From Thioalkalivibrio paradoxus (GTDB lineage Bacteria; Pseudomonadota; Gammaproteobacteria; Ectothiorhodospirales; Ectothiorhodospiraceae): a stretch of DNA of 64,000 nucleotides. Below, in pieces: positions 10,321 through 24,244 of the stretch (positions are counted from its first letter, which is position 1; the number at the start of each line of letters is the position of its first letter). The notes beneath the pieces are model-generated. The model saw nothing but the letters and a program-made list of their open reading frames with translations, had not been told where the DNA came from and did not search any database. The stretch is from the NCBI GenBank assembly GCA_011390565.1, contig JAABSC010000010.1, forward strand, positions 3,107 through 67,106. The letters run 5' to 3'. Both the position numbers and the translations under genes were made by a program.

Positions 10321-10347
10321 TAGTTTGGGGTGACTCCACGCGCGATG

Positions 10348-11619
10348 TTAGTAAGGTGTTGCCCCAAAGGCGTGCATCGCCAGCAACGCGGCGCCCCAGG
10401 CCGCTTCTTCGTGTGGTGCGTTGGCGATGGGGACACCGTTCAGTCGCGAGCGGATGGCGGTCCACGCCATGTTCCGCGCGCCACCACCGACGGTGACGAT
10501 CCGGTCCACAGGTGCTGTGCCGAGTTGCGCCAGTCGTCGATAGCCGGCTGCCTCGATGCGCGCCATTCCCTCCAGCATCCCGTGTAGAAAATGGGCATCG
10601 TCAGCCGGCCGGGGATCGAGCCGGGGCACGTACGCGGGGTCGGTGACCGGAAAACGCTCACCGGGCCCCGGCAGCGGATAGTAGTCGAGCCCGGAGTCTG
10701 TCTGCGGGTCGATCCGTGCGCTGAGTTGATCGAGCAGCTCCGGCGAAAAGTGCTTTGCGAGCACCGCGCCGCCGCAGTTGGACGCGCCACCGACCAGCCA
10801 GTGGCCCAGCACCCGATGGCTGTAGACACCGCTCTCCGGATCGAACAGCGGTCGATCACACAGTTGTTTCAGGACCAGGGTGCTCCCCAGGCTGGTGACA
10901 CCGGTGCGCGTGTCGGTCACCCCGGTGGCGAGAAAGCCGGCAATGCTGTCGGTGGTACCGGCGACCACCTGGCTTTCGGGGTGCAGGCCCGTATCGGCGG
11001 CCCATGCGGAATCGATACGTCCGAGTGGAGTGCCCGTCGCGACGATCTCGGGCAGCAGCCGGGCATGCTCGCCGAGTTCCGCGCGCCACCACGCCGGCCA
11101 GCCTCCAGCCACGGGGTCGTAGCCGAGTTTCAGCGCGTTGTTCTCGTCACCGTGGCTGAACTCACCGCGCAGCTGCGCGGCGATCCACTCGGCCTGGTGC
11201 AGCACCCGCGAAGCGCCCGAGAGCGCGCCCTGCGCCCGCAACCAGAGGAGCTTGGCGGCCGAGGACGTGGCGCCGTGCGCGGCACTGTCGCGCGGGGCGA
11301 TCACTTTCAGCCGCGCGGCTTCGTGGAGGGCCCGGGCATCGTCGTACATCAACGCCGGAGCGACGGGTATTCCCGCGGCATCGAGGAGCAGCAGGGAGCC
11401 CGAGGTGCCGTCCACCGCGAGGGCGACAGGCTCGCTGGGGACCTGTTCGGATACCGTCCGCAACAGGCTGCGCACGGCTTCGAGCCAGGTCTGCGGGCTC
11501 TGTTCGCGTCCCTCGGGCCAGGGGCGCCGGAGTTGCAGTGCGCAGGCGCCGTTCGTATCCAGAACGACCAGGCGCAGCCCCGAGGTTCCGAGGTCGATGC
11601 CGATGAATCGGCGGACCAT
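10348..11619 (-). CDS. FGGY-family carbohydrate kinase (D-ribulokinase-like)
   Basis: IGIDLGTSG, VDGTSGS, GTTDSIA, SLGSTLV, GGASNCGG, VGGGARN. Confidence 0.9.
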   Translation of the reverse strand: MVRRFIGIDLGTSGLRLVVLDTNGACALQLRRPWPEGREQSPQTWLEAVRSLLRTVSEQVPSEPVALAVDGTSGSLLLLDAAGIPVAPALMYDDARALHEAARLKVIAPRDSAAHGATSSAAKLLWLRAQGALSGASRVLHQAEWIAAQLRGEFSHGDENNALKLGYDPVAGGWPAWWRAELGEHARLLPEIVATGTPLGRIDSAWAADTGLHPESQVVAGTTDSIAGFLATGVTDTRTGVTSLGSTLVLKQLCDRPLFDPESGVYSHRVLGHWLVGGASNCGGAVLAKHFSPELLDQLSARIDPQTDSGLDYYPLPGPGERFPVTDPAYVPRLDPRPADDAHFLHGMLEGMARIEAAGYRRLAQLGTAPVDRIVTVGGGARNMAWTAIRSRLNGVPIANAPHEEAAWGAALLAMHAFGATPY

Positions 11620-11647
11620 GGGCGGGTTGGCCGTGGTGGCGCCGGTC

Positions 11648-12052
11648 TCAGCCGCGCATCGGCGGGGGCAGATCGACCGGGGGCGCCGGTGTCCAGCCGT
11701 CGGCGCGGTGTTCGGCCACGACCTGGGTGTAGATGCCGCCGCGCACGTTGAAATCGGCCGTCAGGCGCATGAAACGCGGGCTCACCGCGGCCACCAGGTC
11801 GCCGAGGATCCGGTTGGTCACGGCCTCGTGATAGGCCCCTTCATTGCGATAGGACCAGATGTAGTTCTTCAGCGATTTCAGTTCCACGCAGGCCCCGTCG
11901 GGGACGTATTGCAGATGCAGTTCCGCGAAATCGGGTTGCCCGGTAGCCGGACAGAGGCAGCTGAATTCAGGGATCCGGATGTGAATCGTGAAGTCGCGGT
12001 CCGGTTGCGGGTTGGGGAAGGTGTCCAGGATCTTGCTGGGCTGACTGGGCAT
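11648..12052 (-). CDS. queF: NADPH-dependent 7-cyano-7-deazaguanine reductase QueF (short type)
   Basis: [38 protein letters not shown]; start MPSQPSK at 12052. Confidence 0.95.
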   Translation of the reverse strand: MPSQPSKILDTFPNPQPDRDFTIHIRIPEFSCLCPATGQPDFAELHLQYVPDGACVELKSLKNYIWSYRNEGAYHEAVTNRILGDLVAAVSPRFMRLTADFNVRGGIYTQVVAEHRADGWTPAPPVDLPPPMRG

Positions 12053-12140
12053 CGAGGCGTCCTTGAGCGGAAGTGTTTTCGGGCCATGGGCCGAACCATG
12101 TAAGATTCTACCCTTTGCGCTCACCGGACCCCACCCACCC

Positions 12141-15100
12141 GTGCGACTTTCCCGCATCAAACTGGCCGGATTCAAATCGTTCGTCGATCCGACGACCCTG
12201 GTGCTGCCGGGGAACCGGGTCGGGATCGTGGGTCCGAACGGCTGCGGCAAGTCCAACACCATCGATGCGGTGCGCTGGGTGATGGGGGAATCCTCGGCCA
12301 AGCACCTGCGCGGCGACTCCAGTGAGGACGTGATCTTCAGCGGTTCCTCCACCCGCAAGCCCGTGGGACAGGCCAGCATCGAGTTGTTCTTCGACAACAG
12401 CGAGGGCCGTCTCGGCGGCGAATACAGCAGTTTCGCGGAAATTTCCGTGCGCCGGGCGCTGACCCGGGACGGCCAGTCGAAGTACTACCTGAACGGCCAG
12501 CGTGCGCGTCGGCGCGACGTAACCGATCTCTTTCTCGGGACGGGTCTCGGGCCCCGCAGCTACGCGATCATCGAGCAGGGCATGATCTCGCGGCTGATCG
12601 AGGCGCGCCCGGAAGAACTGCGCGTCTACCTCGAAGAGGCGGCGGGCATCTCCAAGTACAAGGAGCGGCGACGCGAGACCGAGACCCGGATCCGCCACAC
12701 ACGGGAAAACCTCGAGCGGCTCGACGACGTGCGCGAAGAAGTGGATCGCCAGGCCGCGAAACTGACCCGGCAGGCCGAAACCGCCGAGCGCTACCAGGAA
12801 CTGGCGGCGTTGCGCCGTCAGCGCCGGGCGGAGTTGCTGCTTCTGCGACTGGGTGAACTCGACTCGCGGGTCGAAGCCGAACGCCGGCAGCTGGCCGACG
12901 CGGAAACCGCCCTCGCCGAGGTGCAGGCACGGGCTCAGCACCAGGAAACGGAAACCGAAACGCTGCGCGCGCAGCGCGTGGATCTCGAACAGGAACTGCA
13001 GACGGCCCAGGCGGGTTTCTACGAGATCTCCGGCAGCGTTTCTCGGCTTGAACAGTCGATCCGGCACGCGGAAGCGGAGTTGGAGCGCGAGTCCCGCGAG
13101 CAGACGCAGTTGGAAGCACGCATGCGGGAATCCGAACGGGCGGCCACGGAGGCTGCGGGACGGGTCCAGACGGTACAGGACGCGATTGCCACCCACGAGG
13201 AAGGCAGCGCGGCCGCAGCAAAGGCGCTGGAACTCTCGGAGCGCGAACTCGAGGCCGCGGAACAGGAGTTGAACGCCGCGCGCGAAGCGCATTCGGACTG
13301 GCATCGAGCGTTGGCGGAACCGCAGCAGAACGCGCAGCTGGCGCGAACCCGGATGGATCACGCCGATCAGCTGCTGCAGCAGTCGCGGCAGCGTCACGAA
13401 CGCTTGCTCGAGGAACAGGAGCGGTTGCCGCCCGAGCATGGGGACACGGAAACCACCGAGGCCGAGCAGGCGCTGGGCGTGGCTGTGCGGGGGCAGGAGC
13501 AGTTGCAGGAGAGGCGCAGCGCCCTCCGGGCCGAACTGGCCCAGCTCCGGGAGGAAGCGCAGGTGGAGCAGGAAGCCGCGCACGCGGCCGAGCGCAAGGC
13601 GCGGGAAATCGCCGGGCGGCTGGCTTCGCTGAAAATCCTTCCCGGACTGGACCAGGACCGGGATCGGGAAAAGTTCGAGACCTGGGCGCGCGCACGGGGT
13701 ATCGATCCGGCCCGGCGCGTGGCGGCGCAGATCGAGGTCGAGGCGGGTTGGGAGGCTGCGGTCGAAGTCGTACTGGGATCCTGGTTCGAGGCCGTGATGA
13801 TGCCGCTCTCGGAGGTACCCGAGGATCTTCCGGGCGCGGGGTTCCGCGCACTGGATCCCGACGCAGGAGTGCAGGCATTCAGCCCGGAATCGCTGGCTTC
13901 GCGGCTGAGCGGGCCGGATGCGCTGCGCGAGCACCTGGCGCGCGTTTACTGTGCGGGTTCACGGGACGAAGCGCAGGCGCGTCTGCGGACCTGTGGCCGG
14001 GGTGAGAGCGTGGTGACGCAGGACGGCAGCTGGCTCGGACCGGGTTGGCTCTGTCACCGCACCGTGGACCGGCAGGTGGAAGGCGTCGTCGAACGGCTGC
14101 GTCTGGAACGCGCACTGGAGCAGGAGGCGGCCGACTTGCGACGGCGCGGTGAAAAACACGCCGCTTCGATCGGGGCCCGGCGCGAGCGTGTCGGTCTTCT
14201 GGAAACCGAACTCGATGCACTGGAATCCGCGTTGCGTGAGAGCCAGCGCGAAGTCGCCCGCCTCGACGGACAGGTCCAGCGCCTGCGCGAGCGGTCCCGC
14301 CAGACCGAGGAGCAGCGCCGCCGCCTGGCCCGGGAGATCGCCGAGCTGGAGGAACAGATGGTACAGGCGGAGGTGCAGCGGGATGCGGCGCTGTCCGAGC
14401 GCAATACCGCGCTGGCGAGGTTCGAGGAACTGAACCGGGACAGCTCCACGCTCGAGGCGCGTGGCCGGTCGGCTCGGGAGCGGCAGGAAGCCGCCCGGAT
14501 GGAAGTCCAGAAAGCCCGTGAACACGCGTCCGCCGCTCGCTTGGCATTACAGGAAGTCCGGCACCGGGTCGCGATCGAGCAGGGCCACCTCGACCGCCTG
14601 GAACAGCAGGGAATACAGGACCGTGAACGCCTGGCGCAACTGGAGACAGCCCGGGCCGGGCGGCTTGCGCCCCTGGACGGCTGGAGGCGGGAGCTGCAGG
14701 CACAGCTCGCGAGTCGGCAGAATGCGGATGCGGCGCTGGCCGCTTCCCGCAATGCGGTGGACGCCTGTGATTCGGCTCTGCGCGCGCTCGGTGGGCAATT
14801 GCGGGAAGTGCAGGAAAAGGTGGAGCAAAGACGTTCCCGTTGCGAGGAGCGCCGTCTCCACCTGCGCGAGCTGGGGGTTCAGGAAGAACAGCTGGTGGCA
14901 CAGTTGCGGGAGACGGGATTTGCTCCGGCCGAGCTTGCCGAGGCGCTTCCCGACGACGCCTCGATGGCGGCCTGGGAGCAGGAGATCGCGGGTCTCGACC
15001 GGCGTATCGAGCGATTGGGGCCGATCAACCTCGCGGCGATCGACGAGGCTCGGGATCTGGTCGAGCGCAGCCGCTACCTCAAGGAGCAGCACGAGGACCT

Positions 15101-15629
15101 GGTCACGGCACTGGAAACGCTGGAACAGGCGATGCACCGGATCGACAAGGAGACGCGTGCGCTGTTCCAGAACACCTACGACCGGGTGAACGAAGGGTTG
15201 GCACACAAGTTCCGGCGGTTGTTCGGTGGTGGCGAGGCGCGGTTGGAACTCACCGGTGAAGACCTGCTGGACACGGGGGTCGCGATCATGGCGCGGCCGC
15301 CCGGGAAGCGGCTTTCGACGATTCATCTGATGTCCGGCGGAGAGAAGGCACTCACCGCCGCGGCGCTTGTGTTTGCAATCTTCGAGTTGAATCCGGCGCC
15401 ATTCTGTATGCTGGACGAAGTCGACGCACCTCTGGACGAAGCAAACGTGGGCCGGTTCTGCGCGCTGCTCGAGGAGATGGCGGAGCGGATTCAGTTCATC
15501 TTCATTACGCACAACAAAACGACCATGGCGATGGCCGAGCAGTTGATTGGGGTCACCATGCATGAACCCGGCGTGTCCCGCCTGGTCAGCGTGGATATCG
15601 ACGCTGCGGTCGAGCTGGCCGAAGCCTGA
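12141..15629 (+). CDS. smc: Chromosome segregation protein SMC
   Basis: [18 protein letters not shown], long coiled coils, [15 protein letters not shown]; GTG start at 12141. Confidence 0.97.
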   Translation: MRLSRIKLAGFKSFVDPTTLVLPGNRVGIVGPNGCGKSNTIDAVRWVMGESSAKHLRGDSSEDVIFSGSSTRKPVGQASIELFFDNSEGRLGGEYSSFAEISVRRALTRDGQSKYYLNGQRARRRDVTDLFLGTGLGPRSYAIIEQGMISRLIEARPEELRVYLEEAAGISKYKERRRETETRIRHTRENLERLDDVREEVDRQAAKLTRQAETAERYQELAALRRQRRAELLLLRLGELDSRVEAERRQLADAETALAEVQARAQHQETETETLRAQRVDLEQELQTAQAGFYEISGSVSRLEQSIRHAEAELERESREQTQLEARMRESERAATEAAGRVQTVQDAIATHEEGSAAAAKALELSERELEAAEQELNAAREAHSDWHRALAEPQQNAQLARTRMDHADQLLQQSRQRHERLLEEQERLPPEHGDTETTEAEQALGVAVRGQEQLQERRSALRAELAQLREEAQVEQEAAHAAERKAREIAGRLASLKILPGLDQDRDREKFETWARARGIDPARRVAAQIEVEAGWEAAVEVVLGSWFEAVMMPLSEVPEDLPGAGFRALDPDAGVQAFSPESLASRLSGPDALREHLARVYCAGSRDEAQARLRTCGRGESVVTQDGSWLGPGWLCHRTVDRQVEGVVERLRLERALEQEAADLRRRGEKHAASIGARRERVGLLETELDALESALRESQREVARLDGQVQRLRERSRQTEEQRRRLAREIAELEEQMVQAEVQRDAALSERNTALARFEELNRDSSTLEARGRSARERQEAARMEVQKAREHASAARLALQEVRHRVAIEQGHLDRLEQQGIQDRERLAQLETARAGRLAPLDGWRRELQAQLASRQNADAALAASRNAVDACDSALRALGGQLREVQEKVEQRRSRCEERRLHLRELGVQEEQLVAQLRETGFAPAELAEALPDDASMAAWEQEIAGLDRRIERLGPINLAAIDEARDLVERSRYLKEQHEDLVTALETLEQAMHRIDKETRALFQNTYDRVNEGLAHKFRRLFGGGEARLELTGEDLLDTGVAIMARPPGKRLSTIHLMSGGEKALTAAALVFAIFELNPAPFCMLDEVDAPLDEANVGRFCALLEEMAERIQFIFITHNKTTMAMAEQLIGVTMHEPGVSRLVSVDIDAAVELAEA

Positions 15630-15649
15630 ACGAACGAGGGAGGCTGTTT

Positions 15650-18627
<2,978 letters not shown>

Positions 18628-18656
18628 CTGCGCGGTGCGCGTGCGGCCGCGGGACG

Positions 18657-19481
18657 TTACTGGCCGGGTCGCTCCGGGATCTCGATCTGCGCGGCGGCGC
18701 GCAGTTCGTCCATGTAGGCCTGCAGCGCGCGCGCCTCGAGGATGTCTTCGAGCTGTGTCCGGACGTCCTGCAGGGCGGGGGGATCGATCTCGCGTGTGTC
18801 TTCGAGAAGGATCAGGTGCCAGCCGAACTCCGAGCGCACGGGTTCCCGGGTGAACTCTCCCGGTTGCAGGGCCGTGGCCGCCGCTGAGAACGCCGGTACC
18901 ATCTGGGCTGGCACGAACCACCCGAGATCGCCCCCGCGGGCCGCGGATCCGTCCAGTGAATGTTCGCCGGCGAGGGTGGCGAAATCGGCGCCCTCGATCA
19001 ATTCCGCAGCCAGTGCCGAGGCCTCGCCCTCGCTCTCGACCAGGATATGACGCGCGCGGTACTCGGTCGGTTCGAAGCCGCCGATCTGGGACTGGTACTC
19101 GGCCTCGAGTTCCGCCTCCGTGAACTCGACTTCCTGGGCCTTGCGTTCGATGACCTGTGAGGCCAGCAGGTTGGTCTCGATGTTGCGCAGGAGCATGCGA
19201 ATCTCGGGCTCCTGGTCGATTCCAAGGGCCAGCGCGCGTTGCCGCAGGAGTTCGAGGTTGATCAGCTCGTCGAGCGCGCCTTCGGTGCCCGCGGTGCCCG
19301 TTCCCGCCGCGAGGCCGGCGTAGGAAAACACATCCGACTGGGTGATGGCCTGTCCGTTCACGAGGGCCAGGACATCGGGGTCGGAGACGGCGGCTGCGGG
19401 CTCCGGGGGGGCGGCGCGGTCGCAGCCGGCCAGCGCGATGAGGGCCAGTGCAAGCAGGGGTGCGGCAAAACGAGGATTCAT
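18657..19481 (-). CDS. PpiC/parvulin-type peptidylprolyl isomerase lipoprotein
   Basis: Lipobox IALAGC, YRARHILV, GGDLGWF, PVRSEFGWHLI; start MNPRF at 19481. Confidence 0.9.
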   Translation of the reverse strand: MNPRFAAPLLALALIALAGCDRAAPPEPAAAVSDPDVLALVNGQAITQSDVFSYAGLAAGTGTAGTEGALDELINLELLRQRALALGIDQEPEIRMLLRNIETNLLASQVIERKAQEVEFTEAELEAEYQSQIGGFEPTEYRARHILVESEGEASALAAELIEGADFATLAGEHSLDGSAARGGDLGWFVPAQMVPAFSAAATALQPGEFTREPVRSEFGWHLILLEDTREIDPPALQDVRTQLEDILEARALQAYMDELRAAAQIEIPERPGQ

Positions 19482-19533
19482 GGGGCTCTCCGGGAACGAA
19501 ATGGAGCGGTGGGAGTGTGTCGGGCGGTGAGAC

Positions 19534-19833
19534 TCAGGGCAGCACGCGTTTGAACGGCCGTACCGTGACCTCACGGTACACGCCGGCCCCGACATAGGGG
19601 TCCGCATCGGCCCATGCGCGGGCTTCGGCCAGCGAGGGGAATTCGGCGATGATCAGGCTTCCCGAGAAGCCGGACGCACCGGGATCCGGGCTGTCGATCG
19701 CGGGAAAGGGGCCGGCAAGCACGAGACGGCCGGTATCGCGCAGCGCCTCGAGACGGGCCAGGTGTTCGGGGCGAACGCTCTTGCGTCGTTCCAGGCTGTC
19801 AGGGACATCGAGACCCTCGATCGCGTAGAGCAT
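19534..19833 (-). CDS. yciI: YciI family protein
   Basis: [34 protein letters not shown]. Confidence 0.93.
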   Translation of the reverse strand: MLYAIEGLDVPDSLERRKSVRPEHLARLEALRDTGRLVLAGPFPAIDSPDPGASGFSGSLIIAEFPSLAEARAWADADPYVGAGVYREVTVRPFKRVLP

Positions 19834-19956
19834 CTGAGTTTCCTTCGGCAGGGGCCTGTACCAGGGGAATGAAATCGTGAAGCACGAATCGATTGCGCGT
19901 AGTATACATGCGCCGCTTCAGGGACCGTTCCCGGATGTTGATCAGCTTGAAAATAC

Positions 19957-20038
19957 AGCCACGGAAACACACTGAAGTCACTGAAAATTATTGAAAGACA
20001 CAGTCTTCTCCGTGACTTCCGTGTGTTTCCGTGGCTCG
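19957..20038. repeat. CACGGAA-type palindromic intergenic element, copy 2
   Basis: 28-bp inverted repeat with 2 mismatches: AGCCACGGAAACACACTGAAGTCACTGA (19957-19984) versus 20009-20036. Confidence 0.9.
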
Positions 20039-20127
20039 CCTGTTCATCGTCAGGGGTGGCACGGGGCCAGGATGGTTAGCGTAGACTTGCGATTCCAGGA
20101 ATGCCTGCGGCAGCGTTGTAGCGCGCG

Positions 20128-20745
20128 ATGACAGTTCTCACCATACATCCCGAAAACCCCCAGCCCCGTCTGGTGCAGCAGGTGTTGCGTCACCTCGACC
20201 AGGGGGCGGTACTCGTGTTGCCCACGGACGCCTGTTACGCGCTCGCCTGCCAGATCGGGGACAAGGCCGGTTCGGAGCGGATACGGCGCCTGCGTCAGCT
20301 GGACGAGAGCCACCACCTCACCCTGCTCTGCCGCGATCTCTCCGAACTGGGTGTGTACGCGAAGGTCGACAATACGGCGTTTCGCCTGATGAAGACGCTG
20401 ACACCGGGCCCCTACACCTTCATTCTGCCCGCGACGCGCGAGGTGCCCCGGAGACTGCAGCACGCCAAGCGCCGAACCGTGGGCCTGCGTGTGCCGGACA
20501 ACCGGGTGGTCCAGGCCGTGCTGGATGAACTCGGGGCGCCGTTGATGTCGGCGACCCTGCATCTTCCGGGCGATGCCTATCCGCTCAGCGAACCCTGGGA
20601 AATCAGCGAGCGGCTCGGCAAACAGGTCGATGCCATCGTCGATAGCGGCGCGGGCACCCTGGAAGCCACGACCGTGATCGATCTCACGGGGCCGGTACCC
20701 GAGGTCGTGCGCCACGGACGCGGTCCCGTTTCGTTCCTCGATTGA
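20128..20745 (+). CDS. yciO: Sua5/YciO/YrdC family protein (YciO-like)
   Basis: IHPENPQPRL, PTDACYAL, PGPYTFILPA, KRRTVGLRVPD. Confidence 0.88.
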   Translation: MTVLTIHPENPQPRLVQQVLRHLDQGAVLVLPTDACYALACQIGDKAGSERIRRLRQLDESHHLTLLCRDLSELGVYAKVDNTAFRLMKTLTPGPYTFILPATREVPRRLQHAKRRTVGLRVPDNRVVQAVLDELGAPLMSATLHLPGDAYPLSEPWEISERLGKQVDAIVDSGAGTLEATTVIDLTGPVPEVVRHGRGPVSFLD

Positions 20746-20863
20746 CCCCTGGTCTGGATCGGCCCATGGCCTGGATGGGCCACTGAATCCGGGCAGGATG
20801 CGCCGCCCGGCCTGTTTTCCGGGGATATGCCGGGTGGGTCCGGGGGTTGGGTATACTGCGCCG

Positions 20864-21535
20864 ATGGAATCCCTGATCCAGACCGTTGCCATCTGGGCAC
20901 TCCCGGTACTGTTCGCGATCACCGTGCACGAGGCGGCCCACGGCTACGTGGCGCGGGCGCTTGGTGATACCACGGCGGCGATGCTGGGGCGCCTCACGCT
21001 CAATCCGTTCAAACACATCGATCCGGTGGGTACCGTGGCGGTGCCGCTTGGCCTGCTGCTGATCACGGCTCTCACTCCGGCTCCCGCTTTCGTGTTCGGC
21101 TGGGCCAAACCGGTGCCGATCAATACCCGAAATCTCAAGCATCCGCAGCGCGATATGGCGGTCGTGGCGGTGGCGGGTCCACTGGCCAATCTGCTGATGG
21201 CGATCGGTTGGGCGCTGCTGATCAAGCTCGGCCTGTCCTGGGACCATGCTTTCAGTCAGGCAATGGTGTACATGGGCATCGCCGGGATCGCGATCAATGT
21301 GCTCTTGATGGTCCTGAACCTGTTGCCGCTGCCGCCGCTGGACGGTGGACGGGTGGTGAGCGGACTGCTCCCCGCGCGGATCTCGACGCGTTTCGACCGG
21401 ATCGAGCCGTACGGTCTGCCGATCCTTCTGGTCCTGCTGGTCACCGGTGTGCTGGGGGCCATCATCGGCCCCGTATACTCGGTGGTTTCCGAATCCATCG
21501 GCACCGTGATTGGATTGCCCGGCATGCGTCCGTAG
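20864..21535 (+). CDS. Site-2 protease (peptidase M50) family membrane protein
   Basis: HEAAHG, GRLTLNPFKHIDP, FGWAKPVP, NLLPLPPLDGG; start at ATG 20864. Confidence 0.92.
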   Translation: MESLIQTVAIWALPVLFAITVHEAAHGYVARALGDTTAAMLGRLTLNPFKHIDPVGTVAVPLGLLLITALTPAPAFVFGWAKPVPINTRNLKHPQRDMAVVAVAGPLANLLMAIGWALLIKLGLSWDHAFSQAMVYMGIAGIAINVLLMVLNLLPLPPLDGGRVVSGLLPARISTRFDRIEPYGLPILLVLLVTGVLGAIIGPVYSVVSESIGTVIGLPGMRP

Positions 21536-21561
21536 GGCGCGGGCTGCGGACGTTCCGGAGA

Positions 21562-22923
21562 ATGGCAGTGCGCAAGATTCTGATGGCCTTGCCCCTGATC
21601 CTCGCGCCACTCGCGGCGTGGCCGATCTACGTTGGCGTGCAGGTGGAGCAGGCGATGCAGGAGCCCCAGAGCGTGCAGGTCGGGGAACTCTGGGTGCAGC
21701 ATCTGCCGCAGCACTACGAGCGCACGCACTACAGCGCGGACGCGGGCAGTTTTCTGGAAGTCCGCGACGGGGACATCGAGGTCAGGCTCGAGCTGCAGCA
21801 CCGCGTGCGGCATCGGATTCTGGGTGCCGAACTGGAGACACGTCTCGTGGACGTTCACGTGAACGAGGAGACTCCTCCCGGTCTGCGCGAGGCGCTGCTC
21901 CGGGCGCAGCCGAACGCGGAGAGCTGGGTCGGGCTCGGCGGCGGGGTGAACGTGCGGCTGCAGACCCGTCCGTTCAGCCTGCAGTGGCCCATGGACACCG
22001 GCGCGACCGACACGGTCAGCATTCTGGATCTGGCGGACGGCCGCGGCGGGTTGGCCTACACGCGCGAGCGCATCGTGCTCAGTTTCGACACGCCCAGGAT
22101 TTCGATCTCGGACGGTGCACGGGTGTTGGAGGTCGACGGGGCCCACTACGGTCTGCTGGTGCACCCCGGACCCGGGGGCGATTACGTGACGCTGCCTGAT
22201 TACGATCTCAGCCTGGGCGCGGAGGAGGTTCGCCTGCGAGAAGGGGAGAGCGAGCGGCTTGCCATGCGTTCCCTCTGGGTGGCGGCATGGCAGAATTCGG
22301 CGCATGAGCGGCTCGACAGCGTGTTTCGACTCAAGGTCGGGACGATCGACGCGCCGCCGATTGCACTGCAGGCGATCGATGTGCATCTCAGCGCGCTGCG
22401 CCTGAGTCGGGGGGCGCTGCTGACTCTGATGCAGAACCTTGAAGGACTGCGCCTGGAGGATGTCCCGCTCGAAGCCCGCTCGGGGCTCGCCTGGGGCATT
22501 GCATTCGAAACGCTGAAAGAGATGGCCGCGGGCGATCCTCTGTTCCAGGCGGGGATGCACCTGAATCCGGATTCCGGACGGCGCCTGAGCGTCGCGGCGG
22601 ATCTTGCGCTGAAAAACGATCGCGAGCTTCTGGATACGCGGCCCCTCGAGGCGATTGTTCTGGGCCTTGAAATCGAAACGGGGCGCGAGGCGATGGCCGA
22701 GCTTGAGTCCCTTTTTCGGGCTTCGGGACTTCTCGAGGAAGGGGCGGGGGATGTCTTCGAACAGTGGCTGGAGCATGCGCTGTCCGAAGGCTGGGTGTTG
22801 GAATCCAGCGATGGTCTCCAGACGCGTCTGCGGCTGGAGGACGGGCGTCTGTATATCAATGGCGAAGACCGCACGCTGCTCTGGCTGGCGACGGTATTCG
22901 CGATCGGCGGGGGCATGTTTTAA
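21562..22923 (+). CDS. Membrane-anchored periplasmic protein, YdgA/DUF945-like
   Basis: N-terminal TM helix, beta-rich body, terminal LYING motif; family assignment is from general resemblance only. Confidence 0.6.
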   Translation: MAVRKILMALPLILAPLAAWPIYVGVQVEQAMQEPQSVQVGELWVQHLPQHYERTHYSADAGSFLEVRDGDIEVRLELQHRVRHRILGAELETRLVDVHVNEETPPGLREALLRAQPNAESWVGLGGGVNVRLQTRPFSLQWPMDTGATDTVSILDLADGRGGLAYTRERIVLSFDTPRISISDGARVLEVDGAHYGLLVHPGPGGDYVTLPDYDLSLGAEEVRLREGESERLAMRSLWVAAWQNSAHERLDSVFRLKVGTIDAPPIALQAIDVHLSALRLSRGALLTLMQNLEGLRLEDVPLEARSGLAWGIAFETLKEMAAGDPLFQAGMHLNPDSGRRLSVAADLALKNDRELLDTRPLEAIVLGLEIETGREAMAELESLFRASGLLEEGAGDVFEQWLEHALSEGWVLESSDGLQTRLRLEDGRLYINGEDRTLLWLATVFAIGGGMF

Positions 22924-22965
22924 TGGCGCCCGCATTCATGACATGAACGGCATAGGGATCTTTTC

Positions 22966-24186
22966 GTGAGCAGTCATCAGGGAGCGAATCAGCGCGTGCT
23001 TTCCGGCATGCGCCCCACCGGGCGTCTGCACCTCGGTCATTACCATGGCGTCCTGAAGAACTGGGTGGAACTGCAGCACAGCTACGAGTGCTTCTTCTTC
23101 GTCGCGGACTGGCATGCGCTGACCACGCACTACGAATCGCCCGGGGATCTGGGACAGCACGTGACGGATATGGTCATCGACTGGCTCGCGGCCGGGGTCA
23201 GCCCCAGCGCATCCACACTGTTCGTGCAGTCGCGCGTCCCGGAGCACGCGGAGCTGCATCTGCTGCTGTCGATGATCACGCCCCTGGGCTGGCTCGAGCG
23301 CGTACCGACGTACAAGGATCAGCAGGAGCAGCTGCGTGAGCGTGACCTCGCGACCTATGGCTTCCTGGGATACCCGGTTCTGCAGAGTGCCGACGTGCTG
23401 GCCTACCGCGCGGGCCTGGTGCCGGTGGGCGAAGACCAGGTGGCGCATCTGGAGGTGACCCGGGAAATCGCGCGGCGCTTCAATCATCTCTATGGTCGAG
23501 AGCCCGGCTTCGTCGAAAAGGCGGAGTTGGCGATCGACAAGATGGGCAAGAAGACGGCCCGCCGCTATCGAGACCTGCGCAAGCGGTTCCAGGAACAGGG
23601 CGACGACGAGGCGTTGGCGGTGGCCCGGGTGATGCTGGATTCGCAGCAGAACCTCTCCCTTGGCGATCGTGAACGGCTGTTTGGGTATCTTGAGGGCGGC
23701 GCCAAGATCATCCTGCCCGAACCGCAGCCGATGTTGACGCCGATGGCGAAAATGCCCGGTCTCGACGGTCGCAAGATGTCGAAGAGCTACAACAATGCGA
23801 TCAGCCTGCGTTCGGAACCGGCCCAGGTGGATCAGCAGATCCGCACCATGCCGACCGACCCGGCCCGGGTCCGGCGCACCGACCCCGGGGATCCGTCCAA
23901 GTGCCCCGTGTGGGCTTTGCACGAGGTCTACACCCCGGCATCGACACGGGAGGAACTGGCCGCGGGTTGCCGTTCGGCGGGCATCGGCTGCATCGATTGC
24001 AAGCGGCCGTTGATCGAGGCGGTACTGGCGGAACTGGGACCCATCCAGGAACGCGCGCGCGAGTACGCGGCGGATCCTGCTCTGGTGCGCAGTATCGTGA
24101 GCGAAGGTTCGGAGGCGGCGCGGGAGGAAGCCCGGGAAACGCTGGACGAGGTCCGCCGCGCGATGGGCCTGGATTACCTGCGTTGA
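22966..24186 (+). CDS. trpS: Tryptophan--tRNA ligase
   Basis: SGMRPTGRLHLGHY (HIGH-like), YPVLQSADVL, VPVGEDQ, KMSKS. Confidence 0.97.
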   Translation: MSSHQGANQRVLSGMRPTGRLHLGHYHGVLKNWVELQHSYECFFFVADWHALTTHYESPGDLGQHVTDMVIDWLAAGVSPSASTLFVQSRVPEHAELHLLLSMITPLGWLERVPTYKDQQEQLRERDLATYGFLGYPVLQSADVLAYRAGLVPVGEDQVAHLEVTREIARRFNHLYGREPGFVEKAELAIDKMGKKTARRYRDLRKRFQEQGDDEALAVARVMLDSQQNLSLGDRERLFGYLEGGAKIILPEPQPMLTPMAKMPGLDGRKMSKSYNNAISLRSEPAQVDQQIRTMPTDPARVRRTDPGDPSKCPVWALHEVYTPASTREELAAGCRSAGIGCIDCKRPLIEAVLAELGPIQERAREYAADPALVRSIVSEGSEAAREEARETLDEVRRAMGLDYLR

Positions 24187-24244
24187 TGCGACGCCGTACC
24201 GGGTTCGGAGACCGGTCCGCGCGAGGGCCCGGGGAGATCCGGGC

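Noticed and set aside
12053-12140. preQ1 riboswitch upstream of queF
   Set aside because: No preQ1-I stem-loop with an A-rich tail is visible; the short region looks like a plain divergent promoter
13990-14070. SMC hinge lacking the canonical GX6GX3GG motif
   Set aside because: A divergent hinge (DGxWxG) is usual for gammaproteobacterial SMC; the ATPase motifs and scpAB are intact
19799-19981. [12 protein letters not shown] peptide as a GxxExxY C-terminal remnant beside the CACGGAA element
   Set aside because: The resemblance is very short, lies outside the inverted-repeat arms and lacks the rest of the motif; probably chance
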